From: Auanema rhodensis
Lineage: Eukaryota > Animalia > Nematoda
Direction: 5' to 3'
NCBI GenBank assembly: GCA_964057225.1
Contig: OZ059896.1
Location: 18,786,001 to 18,850,000 of the forward strand
Length of the DNA stretch: 64,000 nt
Positions 40,801-52,974 of the stretch are shown in pieces. Both the position numbers and the translations under genes were made by a program. The notes below the pieces were generated by a model that saw only the letters and a list, made by a program, of their open reading frames with translations, searched no databases and was not told the origin of the DNA. Every line of letters begins with the position of its first letter. Position 1 is the stretch's first letter.

Positions 40801-43009
40801 ATCCTAACTCTTTGGGATTCAGGATCATCGATTAGTTATATCAGACTCTCGACATTACATTACTTAACTTTGAATGATTTTATAAAAAAGGATAAATCAG
40901 TTGCAACGACAGCAAACGGATCAGCATTTCGATTTCTGGGAACAATTGATTTAACCGTAGAAATCGCTGGATATGAAATAGATCATACATTCTTCATTTC
41001 AAGAGATGAAGACTGTCCATCACCAGCATTAATTGGATTAGATTTTATGAAAACACTCGATCGTCAAAATATCGGTATGAAACTTCGACCATTCAAACAA
41101 ACGTTAGAAATCGGAAACCGCGTAGTACCGTTAGCCAATGGAAATAACGGGAATATTAAAAAAACATCATTTGTCATTAACTTGATAAATTTAAATCCAC
41201 AATGTATCTTTCCTCATCAGACCTGTAGAATACCAGTAAGGTTAGCTGAACCCATATCACACAACGAAGTCGCCGTGCTACAACCCGATGAAGAAAAGAC
41301 GATATCTACCACCTACGAAACAGCATCTCGAGACGTCAATTCAATTACCATGACATTCAAAAACAACACTGATCATCCTATAGATCTATCACCCGGAAAC
41401 ATTATTGACAAAGCAAAAATAGGCGTACTGCCACAATACGAGATCTTTACGACCGAACACAATCCAGACTATATACCACCCGAAGCGGATTGGGAAAATA
41501 AATTACCTCATTTTCCTCAGGACTTTATGAACGATCTTGATTTAAAAGACGCCGACCTAACTAAAGAACAAAAAGATCTTCTTCAGCTTTGTATTCTACG
41601 TAATAGAGATGCATTTTTAAATGAGGATAAACAAATAGGACTATTTAAAGGACCTGTAGAGCATTCAATACCTCTAAGAACAGATATGGACATGCCTAGA
41701 CCGCGTATAACGCGTATCCCTATAGGCAAACAAGAAGAAGTCGAAAGACAGGTACAGGAGATGCTGAACCAAAATATAATTGAACCATCCACATCTCTTT
41801 TCAATAGTCCTGTAGTTTTAGTCAAAAAGAAAGATGAAACATTCCGTTTCGTAACCGATTTCCGTGCTCTAAATAACGTCACTCGCAAGCAAACGTACAT
41901 CATACCTAACATTTCTGACATTGTCGATATGGCAGCCGGATCACAATATTTTTCTAACTTTGATTTAGTATCCGGATTCTTCCAAATAGCATTAAAGAAA
42001 TCAGATCGACCATTAACAGCATTTACAACAAACACCGGTACTTATCAATATAGAAGGATGCCTATAGGGTTATGTGGAGCGCCACATACCTTTCAAACAG
42101 CAGTACGATACCTTCAAAGCCGATGTAAATGCCGACTCTTTGTTTATTTGGATGATTTACTTGTTATATCAGACACTACAGAACAACATCTTGACGATAT
42201 AGCTGAGATTCTCAGAGAAGTAAAGAAATTAGGCATGAAAATTAAACTCAAGAAATGCGCTTTTGCAAGACCTGAAGTAAAATTTCTTGGTTTAATTGTC
42301 GGAAAAGATGGGGTCAAACCAGATCCACAGAAAGTCTCCGCCATTCAAGACTATCCTGCTCCAAAGTCATCTACTGGAGTAAGAGCATTTTTGGGAATGG
42401 TAGGATTCTTTCGGAAATTTATTAAAGATTTTGCACACATCGCAAGCCCTTTATACGACCATACAAAACTTGATGTGGAATTTCAATGGAATGACAAAAG
42501 TCAACAAGCTGTTGATACACTAAAAAGAAAATTGATCCAAGCACCGGTCTTAAAACCACCAAGATCAGACCGTATGTTCATTATAGAAAGTGACGGTAGT
42601 AATATCGCAGTGGGAGCAGTGTTATTACAACCTGAAGATCCCAATGAACCACTCAAAAACTTACATCCAATTGCATTTGCAAGCCGTAAACTTGTAAAAG
42701 CGGAACGTAACTATGCTCCTATTGAAATAGAAGCGTTAGGACTCGTATACGCTTTAGCTCAGTTTCGAACATATATACTTGGATCACATACAATCTGTAT
42801 CACAGACCATCGACCATTAACAAGCTTATTGACTCGTAGAGACCTTTTTGGAAGACTAGCAAAATTTCAATTAGTCATACAGGAATACGATATCGAGATA
42901 AGATACCGAGAAGGCAGACTAAACAAAGTCTGTGATGCTCTCTCATTGGAGATGAAGCAAACGATCCTAAACCGGAAAAGAAAAAGAAAACAAAAGAAAT
43001 TCCGAACCT
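40801..43009 (+). pseudogene. Element C: LTR-less gypsy pol fragment (PR-RT-RNase H) of a sister family of A
   Basis: Frame from 40801 reads ILTLWDSGSSISYI, then YLDD, ESDGS, TDHRPL; DYIPPEADWENKLP versus DYVPPEADWEDKLP in A; small frameshifting deletion after CDALS; no LTR, gag or integrase. Confidence 0.93.
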
Positions 43010-44109
43010 TACCTTATGAGAAAACCTTCGGAGAATTTTTGAAAAAAAAAAACCTTCGGAGAATTTTTGATATTTTCTCACTCTGAATAGGAACATTCTC
43101 GAGAATATTATCACTGCATTTGTTTTACTGCTAGTATTTTTTTCAATTGTATGAGATAATACAGAATAAAACATGTAATTTATCAGGTAATGATTTTTTT
43201 TAAACAAAAAATAACGACCCTGGCAGGACTCGAACCTACAATCTTCGGATCCGAAGTCCGACGCCTTATCCATTAGGCCACAAGGCCATGTAAATCGCAT
43301 TCAAATTAGACAATTTGTATAACCCAACCCAGTAACTCACTAAAATGTAGTTGATTTTTTCATCGATTCTAGGTCTGAAAAAATAATAATATGAAATAAT
43401 ACTTTTATTTTAGTACCTTATGAGAAAACCTTCGGGAAATTTTTGATATTTTCTCACTCTGAATAGGAACATTCTCGAGAATATTATCACTGCATTTGTT
43501 TTACTGCTAGTATTTTTTTCAATTGTATGAGATAATACAGAATAAAACATGTAATTTATCAGGTAATGATTTTTTTTAAACAAAAAATAACGACCCTGGC
43601 AGGACTCGAACCTACAATCTTCGGATCCGAAGTCCGACGCCTTATCCATTAGGCCACAAGGCCATGTAAATCGCATTCAAATTAGACAATTTGTATAACC
43701 CAACCCAGTAACTCACTAAAATGTAGTTGATTTTTTCATCGATTCTAGGTCTGAAAAAATAATAATATGAAATAATACTTTTATTTTAGTACCTTATGAG
43801 AAAACCTTCGGGAAATTTTTGATATTTTCTCACTCTGAATAGGAACATTCTCGAGAATATTATCACTGCATTTGTTTTACTGCTAGTATTTTTTTCAATT
43901 GTTTGAGATAATACAGAATAAAACATGTAATTTATCAGGTAATGATTTTTTTAAAACAAAAAATAACGACCCTGGCAGGACTCGAACCTACAATCTTCGG
44001 ATCCGAAGTCCGACGCCTTATCCATTAGGCCACAAGGCCATGTAAATCGCATTCAAATTAGACAATTTGTATAACCCAACCCAGTAACTCACTAAAATGT
44101 AGTTGATAT
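43010..44109 (-). repeat. Inverted tRNA-Arg array segment (genes 43215-43287, 43591-43663, 43967-44039)
   Basis: Reverse complement of the array unit. Confidence 0.96.
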
Positions 44110-44136
44110 TGTCGCGATAAGCGAGTAGGTTTTGTT

Positions 44137-44161
44137 TTTGTTATCTCTATCTCTCTCTATA

Positions 44162-44196
<35 letters not shown>

Positions 44197-44200
44197 TTAT
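44137..44200 (+). repeat. (CT)n/(CTAT) microsatellite within the element D LTR
   Basis: TCTCTCTC run; 8 bp longer in the 3' LTR copy. Confidence 0.9.
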
Positions 44201-44443
44201 CTCCTTCCTTTGTAACTAGATCAAAACACATATGCATGACATATGTGTTAACATGTGGCATAAGTAACAGTTTATTTCAGACGACCGCCCAACAACGGAG
44301 GACAGTCTTACATTTTCAACGTTCGCAGTCAGTGATTTTATTCCGTGCTTGTCTTGTTAATTCATCAATAAACCCTTTTCTACATATTTGCTTTGTGTTT
44401 TACTTCCAACCATACTATACACTTGTGGTATAACGCCACAAAT

Positions 44444-44455
44444 TGGTGCATCGGC
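44444..44455 (+). promoter_or_regulatory. Primer-binding site, tRNA-Gly
   Basis: TGGTGCATCGGC 3 nt after the LTR; complement of the tRNA-Gly(GCC) 3' end GCCGATGCA-CCA. Confidence 0.85.
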
Positions 44456-44728
44456 TAGTTTAGATCTTAGCCGCTTTAAGTCCCACGTGGCAGGTGAGAT
44501 ACAACTCGAACCAAGCGTGTTTGAGCAAAAAACATACTTAATAAAAATCGTGGCGATCATAAGTCCACGTCAAGTCACACCAAACAGACTTGAACAATAA
44601 GCAAACTCTGAAATTAGAAACAGAGGTTTCAATTTCCTTACGTTCACATATACTGTGATCACCAAACAAACAAAGAAAAAAGAAAACAAAAAAGGAATAT
44701 AAGCATTATTCCTACATCTACAACAAAA

Positions 44729-47700
44729 ATGTCACTCCTTTTTGTCAATCATATCAAACAATCTAACCAGTTTCTTGGAGAACTGCTTACACGATACGAG
44801 ATGGAAGTGAAGGACCTTCCTGTTATTCTGGTAGATTGCGACTTCCACACTGAGGAAGAAGAGGAAACCCTCTCTTGCCTTATCATTCGCTGGACAAAAG
44901 TCCAACACCAATTCAAAGAATCGTTGAAAAATCATCAAGATAACGAGAAAAAATTCCAAAAATTTTACGAAGCATCAGACAAAACGCTTCGTAAAGCATT
45001 AGACGAACAGTACATCGCCTTCACATCCGGTGAAGACTTTGAACCCAACATTAAAAAGGTTCAAAACGCCATTATTGAGCTTGACGAACACATCATGAAA
45101 GCCGAACGCATACTTAGAAAGCTGAGAAAAACGCTTCATAAGAATGAATCTGAGCACAACAGCAATTGCTCAACAGAAAACAATGAAACAGAAAACAAAT
45201 CGAATGATCAATTTCTGGAAATTATCAAGTCATTCCTACACATCCAACAAACTAGCATCCAAAAACCAGCGATGTCGCTACCTACATTTGATGGCAAACC
45301 AGAGAACTTCAAATCATTCTGGGGCCGTTTTGATAGACTTGTTCATGATAATGAACAGTTTACAACCTTAGAAAAGGTAAACCTACTCTGTGAAAGCCTC
45401 AAAGGCAATTCACAAATAGCAATCAGAGGAATAGAACCCTCTGCTCAAAATTATGAGCTCATGCGTGAAGCATTAGTTTCTGAATTTGGAGACTATTCGT
45501 CGGATATCAACTCTCTTTTAACACAACTACGTAATTTGAGATTTGCAAGCAATAATGCAAAAGCATGCAAAGAAACATTTGGAGAAACCAAGGCACTTAT
45601 CAGGCAAATTGAAGCAGCCGGAGCTACAGTATCCCGCGAAATGTGTACCGCGATGATTCTCAACAAATTCCCATACCACATCATGGAAGACATTCTAATT
45701 CATCCAAACAACTACCATTCTACTAAAGAAATGCTGGCAGCTGTAGACCATAAAATCTATTCGTTTATTCTAAAAGAACAAACAAGAAATAGTCATGAAC
45801 AAAAGTTTCGAAATCACAAAGACAATGTCACATCTGTTTCACATAAAGACAGCACTGCAGAACAACGGAAAACCCAAACTTGGCCATGTGTCTTTTGCGA
45901 CTCATCCGAGCATCGTTTTTATCAATGCACCACATTTGAAACACCAGAGAAAAGAAGGTACCGCATTCGCGGAAAGGCCATCTGTTGGATTTGCTTTTCC
46001 GATAAACACAAAAGTTCGGAATGCAGAAAACAAAAATGTCGCAATTGCCAAGGAGATCATAATTCTGCCTTGTGCTCACAAGGAAGAAAAAGTGTACAAA
46101 ATATCCAAAAAGATAAAGAAACTCCCACAATTAAAAAAGATCAGGCTTTACTGATCACCACAGAAGAATTATTGAATAAAAAAACAACAGAATATAAACA
46201 AGAATCTGACACTAATAATCGAATCCCTACTGAGGCACTTAATGCACCAGTATCGCTTAATCACATTGCCGACACCCATAATATTGAAGAAAGTCAAGTA
46301 ATATTACGAACAGCAATGGCGAACATATACAACCACAATAGTAAAAAATATGAGCAAGTACGCATGCTCATAGATGAAGGATCCATGAGATCTTTTATAT
46401 CCAAGGACTTATCCACTAAGTTAGGATTGCCCATCCTTGGTTCTCAAAAGAAAACCTTTTACGGTATCGGAGCATTGTCCGAAACGCACGAAGTTCAGGA
46501 CGTAAAGGTAATTATTGGAACCTCAAGTGGATCCCTTATCGTAACAAAACTATTCACCAAACCCATGTTAACCACACCCATACGTTGTCCAAAACTATCT
46601 AAAGAAGACTTGAAATTTATAAAGACAAGAAAAATAAAATTAGCCAATCCACAAACAAACGGAGAATCATTTACTCCGGATATACTGATAGGTATGGATA
46701 GATACAAACTGTTCATGCATTTAAACGAAGAAACCGAACTCCCCTCACGTATGAGTTTGAAAAATTCGGTATTCGGCCACATGATACATGGAGAAGCTCC
46801 TCTTCCCCATGATAATACACAACAAGAAGTAATATTATGCTCTACAGTAGAAGAAATAACAAAAGAAACCTCTCATAAAGAACTCCTCACTAATCTGTTT
46901 GAACTGGATTCTATCGGCATCAATACAGAAAATGCCAACGCAGACCGCACTATTGATTACTATGAAGAATACTCGAAAGATATAAAAATTGAGAACAACC
47001 GTATTATTGCACCGTTCCCGTTAAAAAATAACTTCAAAAATCTTAAAAACAACAAAATGCCCGCGTACCATAGATTCGTATCCCTATGGCGAAAGTTACT
47101 GCACAATCCAGAAATGCTCTCACACTATACTACAACCATTGAAAGTTACCTCAAAGATAACATTGTCGAACAAATTCCCAACAATCACCAGGAGCCTTTA
47201 GAGTTTTATATGCCCCACCATGGGGTTTGGAAGCCCAGCAAGGCTAACCCTCTCAGAATCGTTTTTGACGCCTCCGCTAAACAGAAAGACAGCCCGTCGT
47301 TGAATGAGATAATACACACAGGACGATCATTTATCACATATATACACGACATCATGATCTCCTGCAGAACAAGACCAATATTAATAACATGCGATATCAA
47401 AGCCGCATTTTTACAAATACAACTGACAGAGAATCACAAAAATCTATGCAAATTCTTTTGGATAAAAAACAAAGAATACCCAATATCTCACAACAATATC
47501 ATAACCCTTCGATTCAACAGATTACCGTTCGGTATCACTGCATCCCCCAGCGTATTGAACATGGGCATAAAATGGTTCTTAGAATCAAAAGTAGACAACC
47601 CATTAGCTATGGAAATACTGAACAACTTATACGTTGACAATATCATTCTTACAGCAAATACAACAGCAGAAACTATAAAGAAATGTAAAGAAACCCAAAA

Positions 47701-50700
47701 ACTATTCACAGAAATAAACATGCATGTTCGCGAATTCTTGTCAAACGACGAACAAGTAATACAGAACCTTCCTGAAGAAGACAGATATCCGAACATGACA
47801 ACCAAAATACTTGGCATATCTTTTAATAAAGAACACGACTCCTTCATTATCCCAATAAAAATAACAACGACTCACACAAGTTACACCAAGAGAATTCTAC
47901 TCAGTCAGCTACACTCAATATTTGATCCCATTGGATTAGCAGCACCATTACTGTTACCTCTCAAACTTATCTTGCGAGAAATCATAAACACAAAATTATC
48001 ATGGGACCAACCCATTGAATCAGATAATATCAAACAATGGGAACAACATATTAATCACATTAACAATCAGCAATTGACCATGAAAAGATATTTTAAATTC
48101 TCTGAACATACAACACAGTTATGGGTCTTTGCTGACGCAAACAACCAAGCCATGGCCGCATGTTCATATTTCCAAACAAACGAGCAGATTAGTTCTCTGC
48201 TCAACGGTAAATCCCGCATAGCACCCAAAAATAAGACCACAATTCCTCGATTAGAATTATTAGCCATCCGCTTAGCAGTACGAATGGCATTAGCTATTGT
48301 AACCATATGCCCGAAAGTGGCAAAAGTCAACATTATAAGCGATAGCAACATCGCGCTATCATGGATTATTTCTCTAAAATCCCTCCCACTGTTCATTAAA
48401 AATCAAACAAACATTATAAATAAACAGCTACACCAAATCAAACAAGTATGTTGCAATGTAGAATTACATCATGTACAAACCTCGTACAATACTGCAGACA
48501 TTGGATCCCGAGGTGCAGACATCGAGAAACTACAAGATTCCGACTGGATAAAGGGTCCACATTGGTTAACTAAACTTTCCGCTCATAACCCTCTGACATC
48601 ATTCGGCTCGCCTAAGAACTCTAACAGGAATAACGCAGAATCAGAATCGGAGCATCACAATGTGGTCCACATAATTATAGACAATCTTCCAACCGATGAT
48701 ATTTGGAACATTCGTGAAAACTATGATGATGTGATCAAAACAATGACAACCGTAGGAAAATTATTCAAAAAATGGTTTCTTAAAGTCCATCCTAACAACG
48801 CCAACAAGTTGCAAAAAATAAAACATCTCACATCAACAGACACGCACACTGTTGAAGACATCAACATTATTGAAAAAATTTTGATCAGTAACAGTCAATC
48901 TAATATGAGCCTTGATGACTTACAGCAAAGACATATAAATCTAAAATTCTTCAAAGATACATGGGATATTTATCGCGTAAGAAGCCGTTTACAAAATACT
49001 CTTCTTCCCGAAGAGACGAAAAACCCTATATTCCTTCTTAAAACAAACCCCATAGTTAAAAAACTGATCAACAAAATACACAAAGACAATAATCATCAAG
49101 GCAAACATTTCACGCTTATTCAATTGAGACAAAAATTCTACATACCAAAAATAACCGGAGTCATCAGACAAACATTGAAAAACTGTGTGACATGTAAAAG
49201 ATTCCAATCACACCCTTATGAATTACCAGATATGCCATCGCTACCAAAAGATAGAGCGATTCTTACAAGAGCATTCTTTTCAACAGGGTGTGATCTTATG
49301 GGCCCCTTCACCCTTCGAAATGGGTCTAAAGTCCATATTTGTCTGTTTACATGCATGACAACTAGAGCAATTCACTTAGAGGTAGTCACCAATCAATCCA
49401 CAGTTGCCTTTATGAATGCATTTAATAGATTTATATCACGCAGAGGTACTCCAGAAATTATGCGCAGTGACTGCGCAGGAAACTTTATTCTGAGCTCAAA
49501 AATATTAGAAACCCTTGAAAAAACCTCGGATTACAACGAAAGAAGCTTACTAAACACACTAGCACAGCAAAAAATTAAATGGATATACAACACTCCATTA
49601 TCACCCTGGAAAGGTGGATGTTGGGAACGTTTAGTAGGTGTAACCAAAGCTTCACTCAAAAAATGTTTCATTCCTAGTCGAATGTCCCTGGATGACTTAC
49701 ACACAGCCATTGTAAAAATAGAAGCTATAATTAATACACGCCCACTCACCCATCCACACCCAGATAATTTAGATACTCTACCCATAAGGCCAATTGACTT
49801 TTTAACATCAGCCATAAAGTTTTCATTACCTGAAAACAACGCGGATACTCATATATTTGATATCCAGAGCGATATTCAAACGATTCAATCAACAGAGCAA
49901 GCGCTAGAAGCGCTTCAATTATCAGAAGACTCAGCATCTAAATTTTGGAAACGATTTCAAGAAGAATATCTAACAAGCTTAAAAGATATATTTAAGCATA
50001 AACACCATAGAAAAAATCACACAAACATCTTCCCCCAACCAGATGAAATAGTATTGATACAAAACGACATGTTGCCACGAGGAACATGGAAACTAGGTCG
50101 CATCATTGAAACAATCACTAGTTCAGATGGCAACATACGTTCAGCAAAAGTCGCAACAAGCAATGGAAACATAATTATTCGATCCATTAATCAGCTCTAT
50201 CCACTAGAGATAAGATGCAACACTAACAGTAACAAAATCATAGAAGACAACTCACACATAGTTCAAGAAAATAATAGCTCAACAGATAGAACCCCACATA
50301 CTGATATTGTATTAGACAATATACTTTTCGATCATCCTATAGAACATACAGATCAAACAATACATGAGAATAATAACATAAATGATGTTAGCCATAATTA
50401 CGATATTGCATATGAATCAGATAACTCGCAACATGATAATACATACACTCCAGAAACAGAGAACAATGAGGATGCCACAAATGATCGACCTCAAAATAAG
50501 ACAAAACAATCAGCAGTAAAAACAGCAAAATATACAGAACAAGATGATGTCACTGAGAAGGAAATTATAAAAGCCTTCCCACTAAAAATGTCCTATGCTA
50601 CACACCAAAGAAAAAATAAAATAAACCCAAAAGTAGCAGCTGACATTATGAAAGCGCTTTCCTTACCGATTATGATAACTTCGACATATGCCGAAGAAAT

Positions 50701-52660
50701 CAATAGTTGCAAGGACTCTAACATGTTCACCACAAAACTTATAGCGAATCCTCATTGCTCCCCAGAAATGGCAACATGGACAGTGATAATAACCATTATG
50801 GCCGTTACCCTCATAGTCTCTTGTCTATGCCGCATGGGTTACAGCCAATATAGATATAAGACATGGTCCAGAAACACTCAAATTATGCTCAACACCATGA
50901 AATCAAAACACAAAACAATCTCCGTACAAGAAGATCATGAAACTGATCAAAAAATAACAGAAAATCACAATGATACGTTGCAATTAAAACAAACGAACAC
51001 ACAAGACGTTAATATTGTGGATCATGAAACCTCTCAAAAGCATATTTACCCTATTTTAAACCATACAAGAAGGCCACCAAAATTCTCTCTTTTTACTAGA
51101 GGGTCGCAATCATCTTTACCATCGTTACTGGCAATCATCTTGGCTTTCTGTATTGGAAGCTGCAGCTCTTGCTCCGATGTCCATGTTCAACATTTCGTTA
51201 AGATAAGATGCGATGAAAACCTAGTCTGTTATCACGAATACAGTCAAGATATAATATTCTCTCCCGGAACAAAACAGTTATGTATCAACATAATACACTC
51301 TAATCATGAAATCGGTCAATTCAAAATAACGAAATTATATACTGAACATGTCTGCCGAAAGAATATTAGATACTTCACTAGACAGACAACAGTTAACATA
51401 CTGAGTATATTACGATGCCGTCACCGAGGCTCCTGTAACGGAACATGTGAAACTAACTCGCTTCATAACAAAATCAAAGAACTACAACCATACACCTTTC
51501 CTTCACAATCCGGTTGTTTTACATCGTCGGCGAGATTTTACACATGTCCTATGATTTGGACAGATCCATGTCTTTTCTACAAAATAGAGCATATACCCAT
51601 CACAGAAGAAGTATACGAAGTCTATACTTGTGATAGTTGGTTCACCCAAACTGTATTCAATATAGAAACAACACTACTCCAGCAGAAAAACAATTACAAT
51701 ATCACTCTACAACCTTACACAAAAAATCGTGAACAACTTTTCAATATAACAACGTTATCACAATCACAACCTCCTCCAGAAATGTACACAAAATTATTTT
51801 TTTCCTCGAAAGAAAACACGTACATTACGGATATACATACAAAGGGAATAGTTCAATGTGCAACAGAGGAAGCCGCATTCAAACATTTCAACAATTGTAC
51901 AGTATCCTCATTTTGCCCATGCACATTTAACAGATTTGATGAAATAAAATGTAGGTGTGATACCCCTACTTTTGAAAAAATGTCCAATACATCAGACATG
52001 AGATCTCCTAACCACAACTTCAAAACTAAAGATAACACGTTATCATTCTCTACAAATTTAGACGAAAGTTTTGTTACGGTCGATTCATCTCTATTCTTAA
52101 ACTCAGTCATTTTTTCCAACAATCTGCCTTGTGCACCTGCCCTCACAAAACTATCAGGTTGCTACTCCTGCGGGCAGGGTGCGTTCGCAGAGTTCCAATG
52201 CCTTACGGCAGAAGAAACATGGATTTCTATCGAATGTCAAAGAGAAGTATTCATGATAAAATGTTCTCCAAAAGTAGCAATCACGGAAATAACAATCAAA
52301 AGAGAAAATTCTCAAATTGATGAATTCTGCTATACCACATGCGACAATAAAAAAATTAAGATCATTATTAAGGGAACATTACACCACATAGCAAGCATAG
52401 ATGAAATAAACGAAAGTGACTCAAAAGAGGGTACAAAATCCAAATCCATTGACTTTGCTCCAATCTTCAAACTAATCCTATCAAAGTTGGGAATCATACT
52501 GATAGGCATTGTCATTACCGCTACTATAGGATATGTTGCATGCACGCCAATGATATACTTTGTATTGTTAAATACAGTATTAGCCATACAATGGATGGCC
52601 AAAAGGACGATTGCAATATACAGAAATTTCACAGCCTCACTTCGAGATCAGAGATTTTAA
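44729..52660 (+). CDS. BEL/Pao Gag-Pol-Env polyprotein
   Basis: Gag LPTFDG..F..FW..F, triple Cys/His knuckle, protease LIDEGS, RT LYVDN, FADA and TIPRLEL motifs, integrase WKGGCWERLVG, Gc-like Cys-rich domain from 51170 (GCYSCGQGA) and C-terminal TM. Confidence 0.96.
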   Translation: MSLLFVNHIKQSNQFLGELLTRYEMEVKDLPVILVDCDFHTEEEEETLSCLIIRWTKVQHQFKESLKNHQDNEKKFQKFYEASDKTLRKALDEQYIAFTSGEDFEPNIKKVQNAIIELDEHIMKAERILRKLRKTLHKNESEHNSNCSTENNETENKSNDQFLEIIKSFLHIQQTSIQKPAMSLPTFDGKPENFKSFWGRFDRLVHDNEQFTTLEKVNLLCESLKGNSQIAIRGIEPSAQNYELMREALVSEFGDYSSDINSLLTQLRNLRFASNNAKACKETFGETKALIRQIEAAGATVSREMCTAMILNKFPYHIMEDILIHPNNYHSTKEMLAAVDHKIYSFILKEQTRNSHEQKFRNHKDNVTSVSHKDSTAEQRKTQTWPCVFCDSSEHRFYQCTTFETPEKRRYRIRGKAICWICFSDKHKSSECRKQKCRNCQGDHNSALCSQGRKSVQNIQKDKETPTIKKDQALLITTEELLNKKTTEYKQESDTNNRIPTEALNAPVSLNHIADTHNIEESQVILRTAMANIYNHNSKKYEQVRMLIDEGSMRSFISKDLSTKLGLPILGSQKKTFYGIGALSETHEVQDVKVIIGTSSGSLIVTKLFTKPMLTTPIRCPKLSKEDLKFIKTRKIKLANPQTNGESFTPDILIGMDRYKLFMHLNEETELPSRMSLKNSVFGHMIHGEAPLPHDNTQQEVILCSTVEEITKETSHKELLTNLFELDSIGINTENANADRTIDYYEEYSKDIKIENNRIIAPFPLKNNFKNLKNNKMPAYHRFVSLWRKLLHNPEMLSHYTTTIESYLKDNIVEQIPNNHQEPLEFYMPHHGVWKPSKANPLRIVFDASAKQKDSPSLNEIIHTGRSFITYIHDIMISCRTRPILITCDIKAAFLQIQLTENHKNLCKFFWIKNKEYPISHNNIITLRFNRLPFGITASPSVLNMGIKWFLESKVDNPLAMEILNNLYVDNIILTANTTAETIKKCKETQKLFTEINMHVREFLSNDEQVIQNLPEEDRYPNMTTKILGISFNKEHDSFIIPIKITTTHTSYTKRILLSQLHSIFDPIGLAAPLLLPLKLILREIINTKLSWDQPIESDNIKQWEQHINHINNQQLTMKRYFKFSEHTTQLWVFADANNQAMAACSYFQTNEQISSLLNGKSRIAPKNKTTIPRLELLAIRLAVRMALAIVTICPKVAKVNIISDSNIALSWIISLKSLPLFIKNQTNIINKQLHQIKQVCCNVELHHVQTSYNTADIGSRGADIEKLQDSDWIKGPHWLTKLSAHNPLTSFGSPKNSNRNNAESESEHHNVVHIIIDNLPTDDIWNIRENYDDVIKTMTTVGKLFKKWFLKVHPNNANKLQKIKHLTSTDTHTVEDINIIEKILISNSQSNMSLDDLQQRHINLKFFKDTWDIYRVRSRLQNTLLPEETKNPIFLLKTNPIVKKLINKIHKDNNHQGKHFTLIQLRQKFYIPKITGVIRQTLKNCVTCKRFQSHPYELPDMPSLPKDRAILTRAFFSTGCDLMGPFTLRNGSKVHICLFTCMTTRAIHLEVVTNQSTVAFMNAFNRFISRRGTPEIMRSDCAGNFILSSKILETLEKTSDYNERSLLNTLAQQKIKWIYNTPLSPWKGGCWERLVGVTKASLKKCFIPSRMSLDDLHTAIVKIEAIINTRPLTHPHPDNLDTLPIRPIDFLTSAIKFSLPENNADTHIFDIQSDIQTIQSTEQALEALQLSEDSASKFWKRFQEEYLTSLKDIFKHKHHRKNHTNIFPQPDEIVLIQNDMLPRGTWKLGRIIETITSSDGNIRSAKVATSNGNIIIRSINQLYPLEIRCNTNSNKIIEDNSHIVQENNSSTDRTPHTDIVLDNILFDHPIEHTDQTIHENNNINDVSHNYDIAYESDNSQHDNTYTPETENNEDATNDRPQNKTKQSAVKTAKYTEQDDVTEKEIIKAFPLKMSYATHQRKNKINPKVAADIMKALSLPIMITSTYAEEINSCKDSNMFTTKLIANPHCSPEMATWTVIITIMAVTLIVSCLCRMGYSQYRYKTWSRNTQIMLNTMKSKHKTISVQEDHETDQKITENHNDTLQLKQTNTQDVNIVDHETSQKHIYPILNHTRRPPKFSLFTRGSQSSLPSLLAIILAFCIGSCSSCSDVHVQHFVKIRCDENLVCYHEYSQDIIFSPGTKQLCINIIHSNHEIGQFKITKLYTEHVCRKNIRYFTRQTTVNILSILRCRHRGSCNGTCETNSLHNKIKELQPYTFPSQSGCFTSSARFYTCPMIWTDPCLFYKIEHIPITEEVYEVYTCDSWFTQTVFNIETTLLQQKNNYNITLQPYTKNREQLFNITTLSQSQPPPEMYTKLFFSSKENTYITDIHTKGIVQCATEEAAFKHFNNCTVSSFCPCTFNRFDEIKCRCDTPTFEKMSNTSDMRSPNHNFKTKDNTLSFSTNLDESFVTVDSSLFLNSVIFSNNLPCAPALTKLSGCYSCGQGAFAEFQCLTAEETWISIECQREVFMIKCSPKVAITEITIKRENSQIDEFCYTTCDNKKIKIIIKGTLHHIASIDEINESDSKEGTKSKSIDFAPIFKLILSKLGIILIGIVITATIGYVACTPMIYFVLLNTVLAIQWMAKRTIAIYRNFTASLRDQRF

Positions 52661-52934
52661 TAAAGAAGATATAAAAGGTAGAATAAACAAAAGCAAAGTA
52701 TAAACTAAAATTCACATAAATAAAATAAACCAAGGAGAAAAGAGAAGGGATTAATTTCTGAAATAATAAAGTAACACGAATCTGCTAGTTTTACTTAAGA
52801 TATCTAATCTGTAGTATTGAATTACATAATAACTCGTTAACAGACGTTTAATGGATAATATCAAAAACAGAAGGATACCATATTAATCCCTGAATGACGC
52901 AATATATCCATATCCAAGAACAGACGCCAACCAG

Positions 52935-52971
52935 TATATAAGGTGGCTAAACAAGTTTGCCTCAACTCAGT
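52935..52971 (+). promoter_or_regulatory. Putative internal promoter (TATATAA plus TCAGT initiator-like motif) for the accessory ORF
   Basis: TATATAA at 52935, TCAGT at 52967, ATG at 52975. The CTCAG could instead be a splice acceptor. Confidence 0.45.
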
Positions 52972-52974
52972 ACA

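Noticed and set aside
42875-43300. 141-aa minus ORF and the C-terminal tail of the 738-aa ORF as novel fusion proteins
   Set aside because: They are chance read-through across the pol/inverted-array junction.
535-43676. Repeated 62-97 aa ORFs (MRFKWPCGLMDKASDFGSED..., MGYTNC..., and antisense MFEIIQ...)
   Set aside because: They are translations across the tRNA gene and spacer, and are broken by stops or frameshifts in many units.
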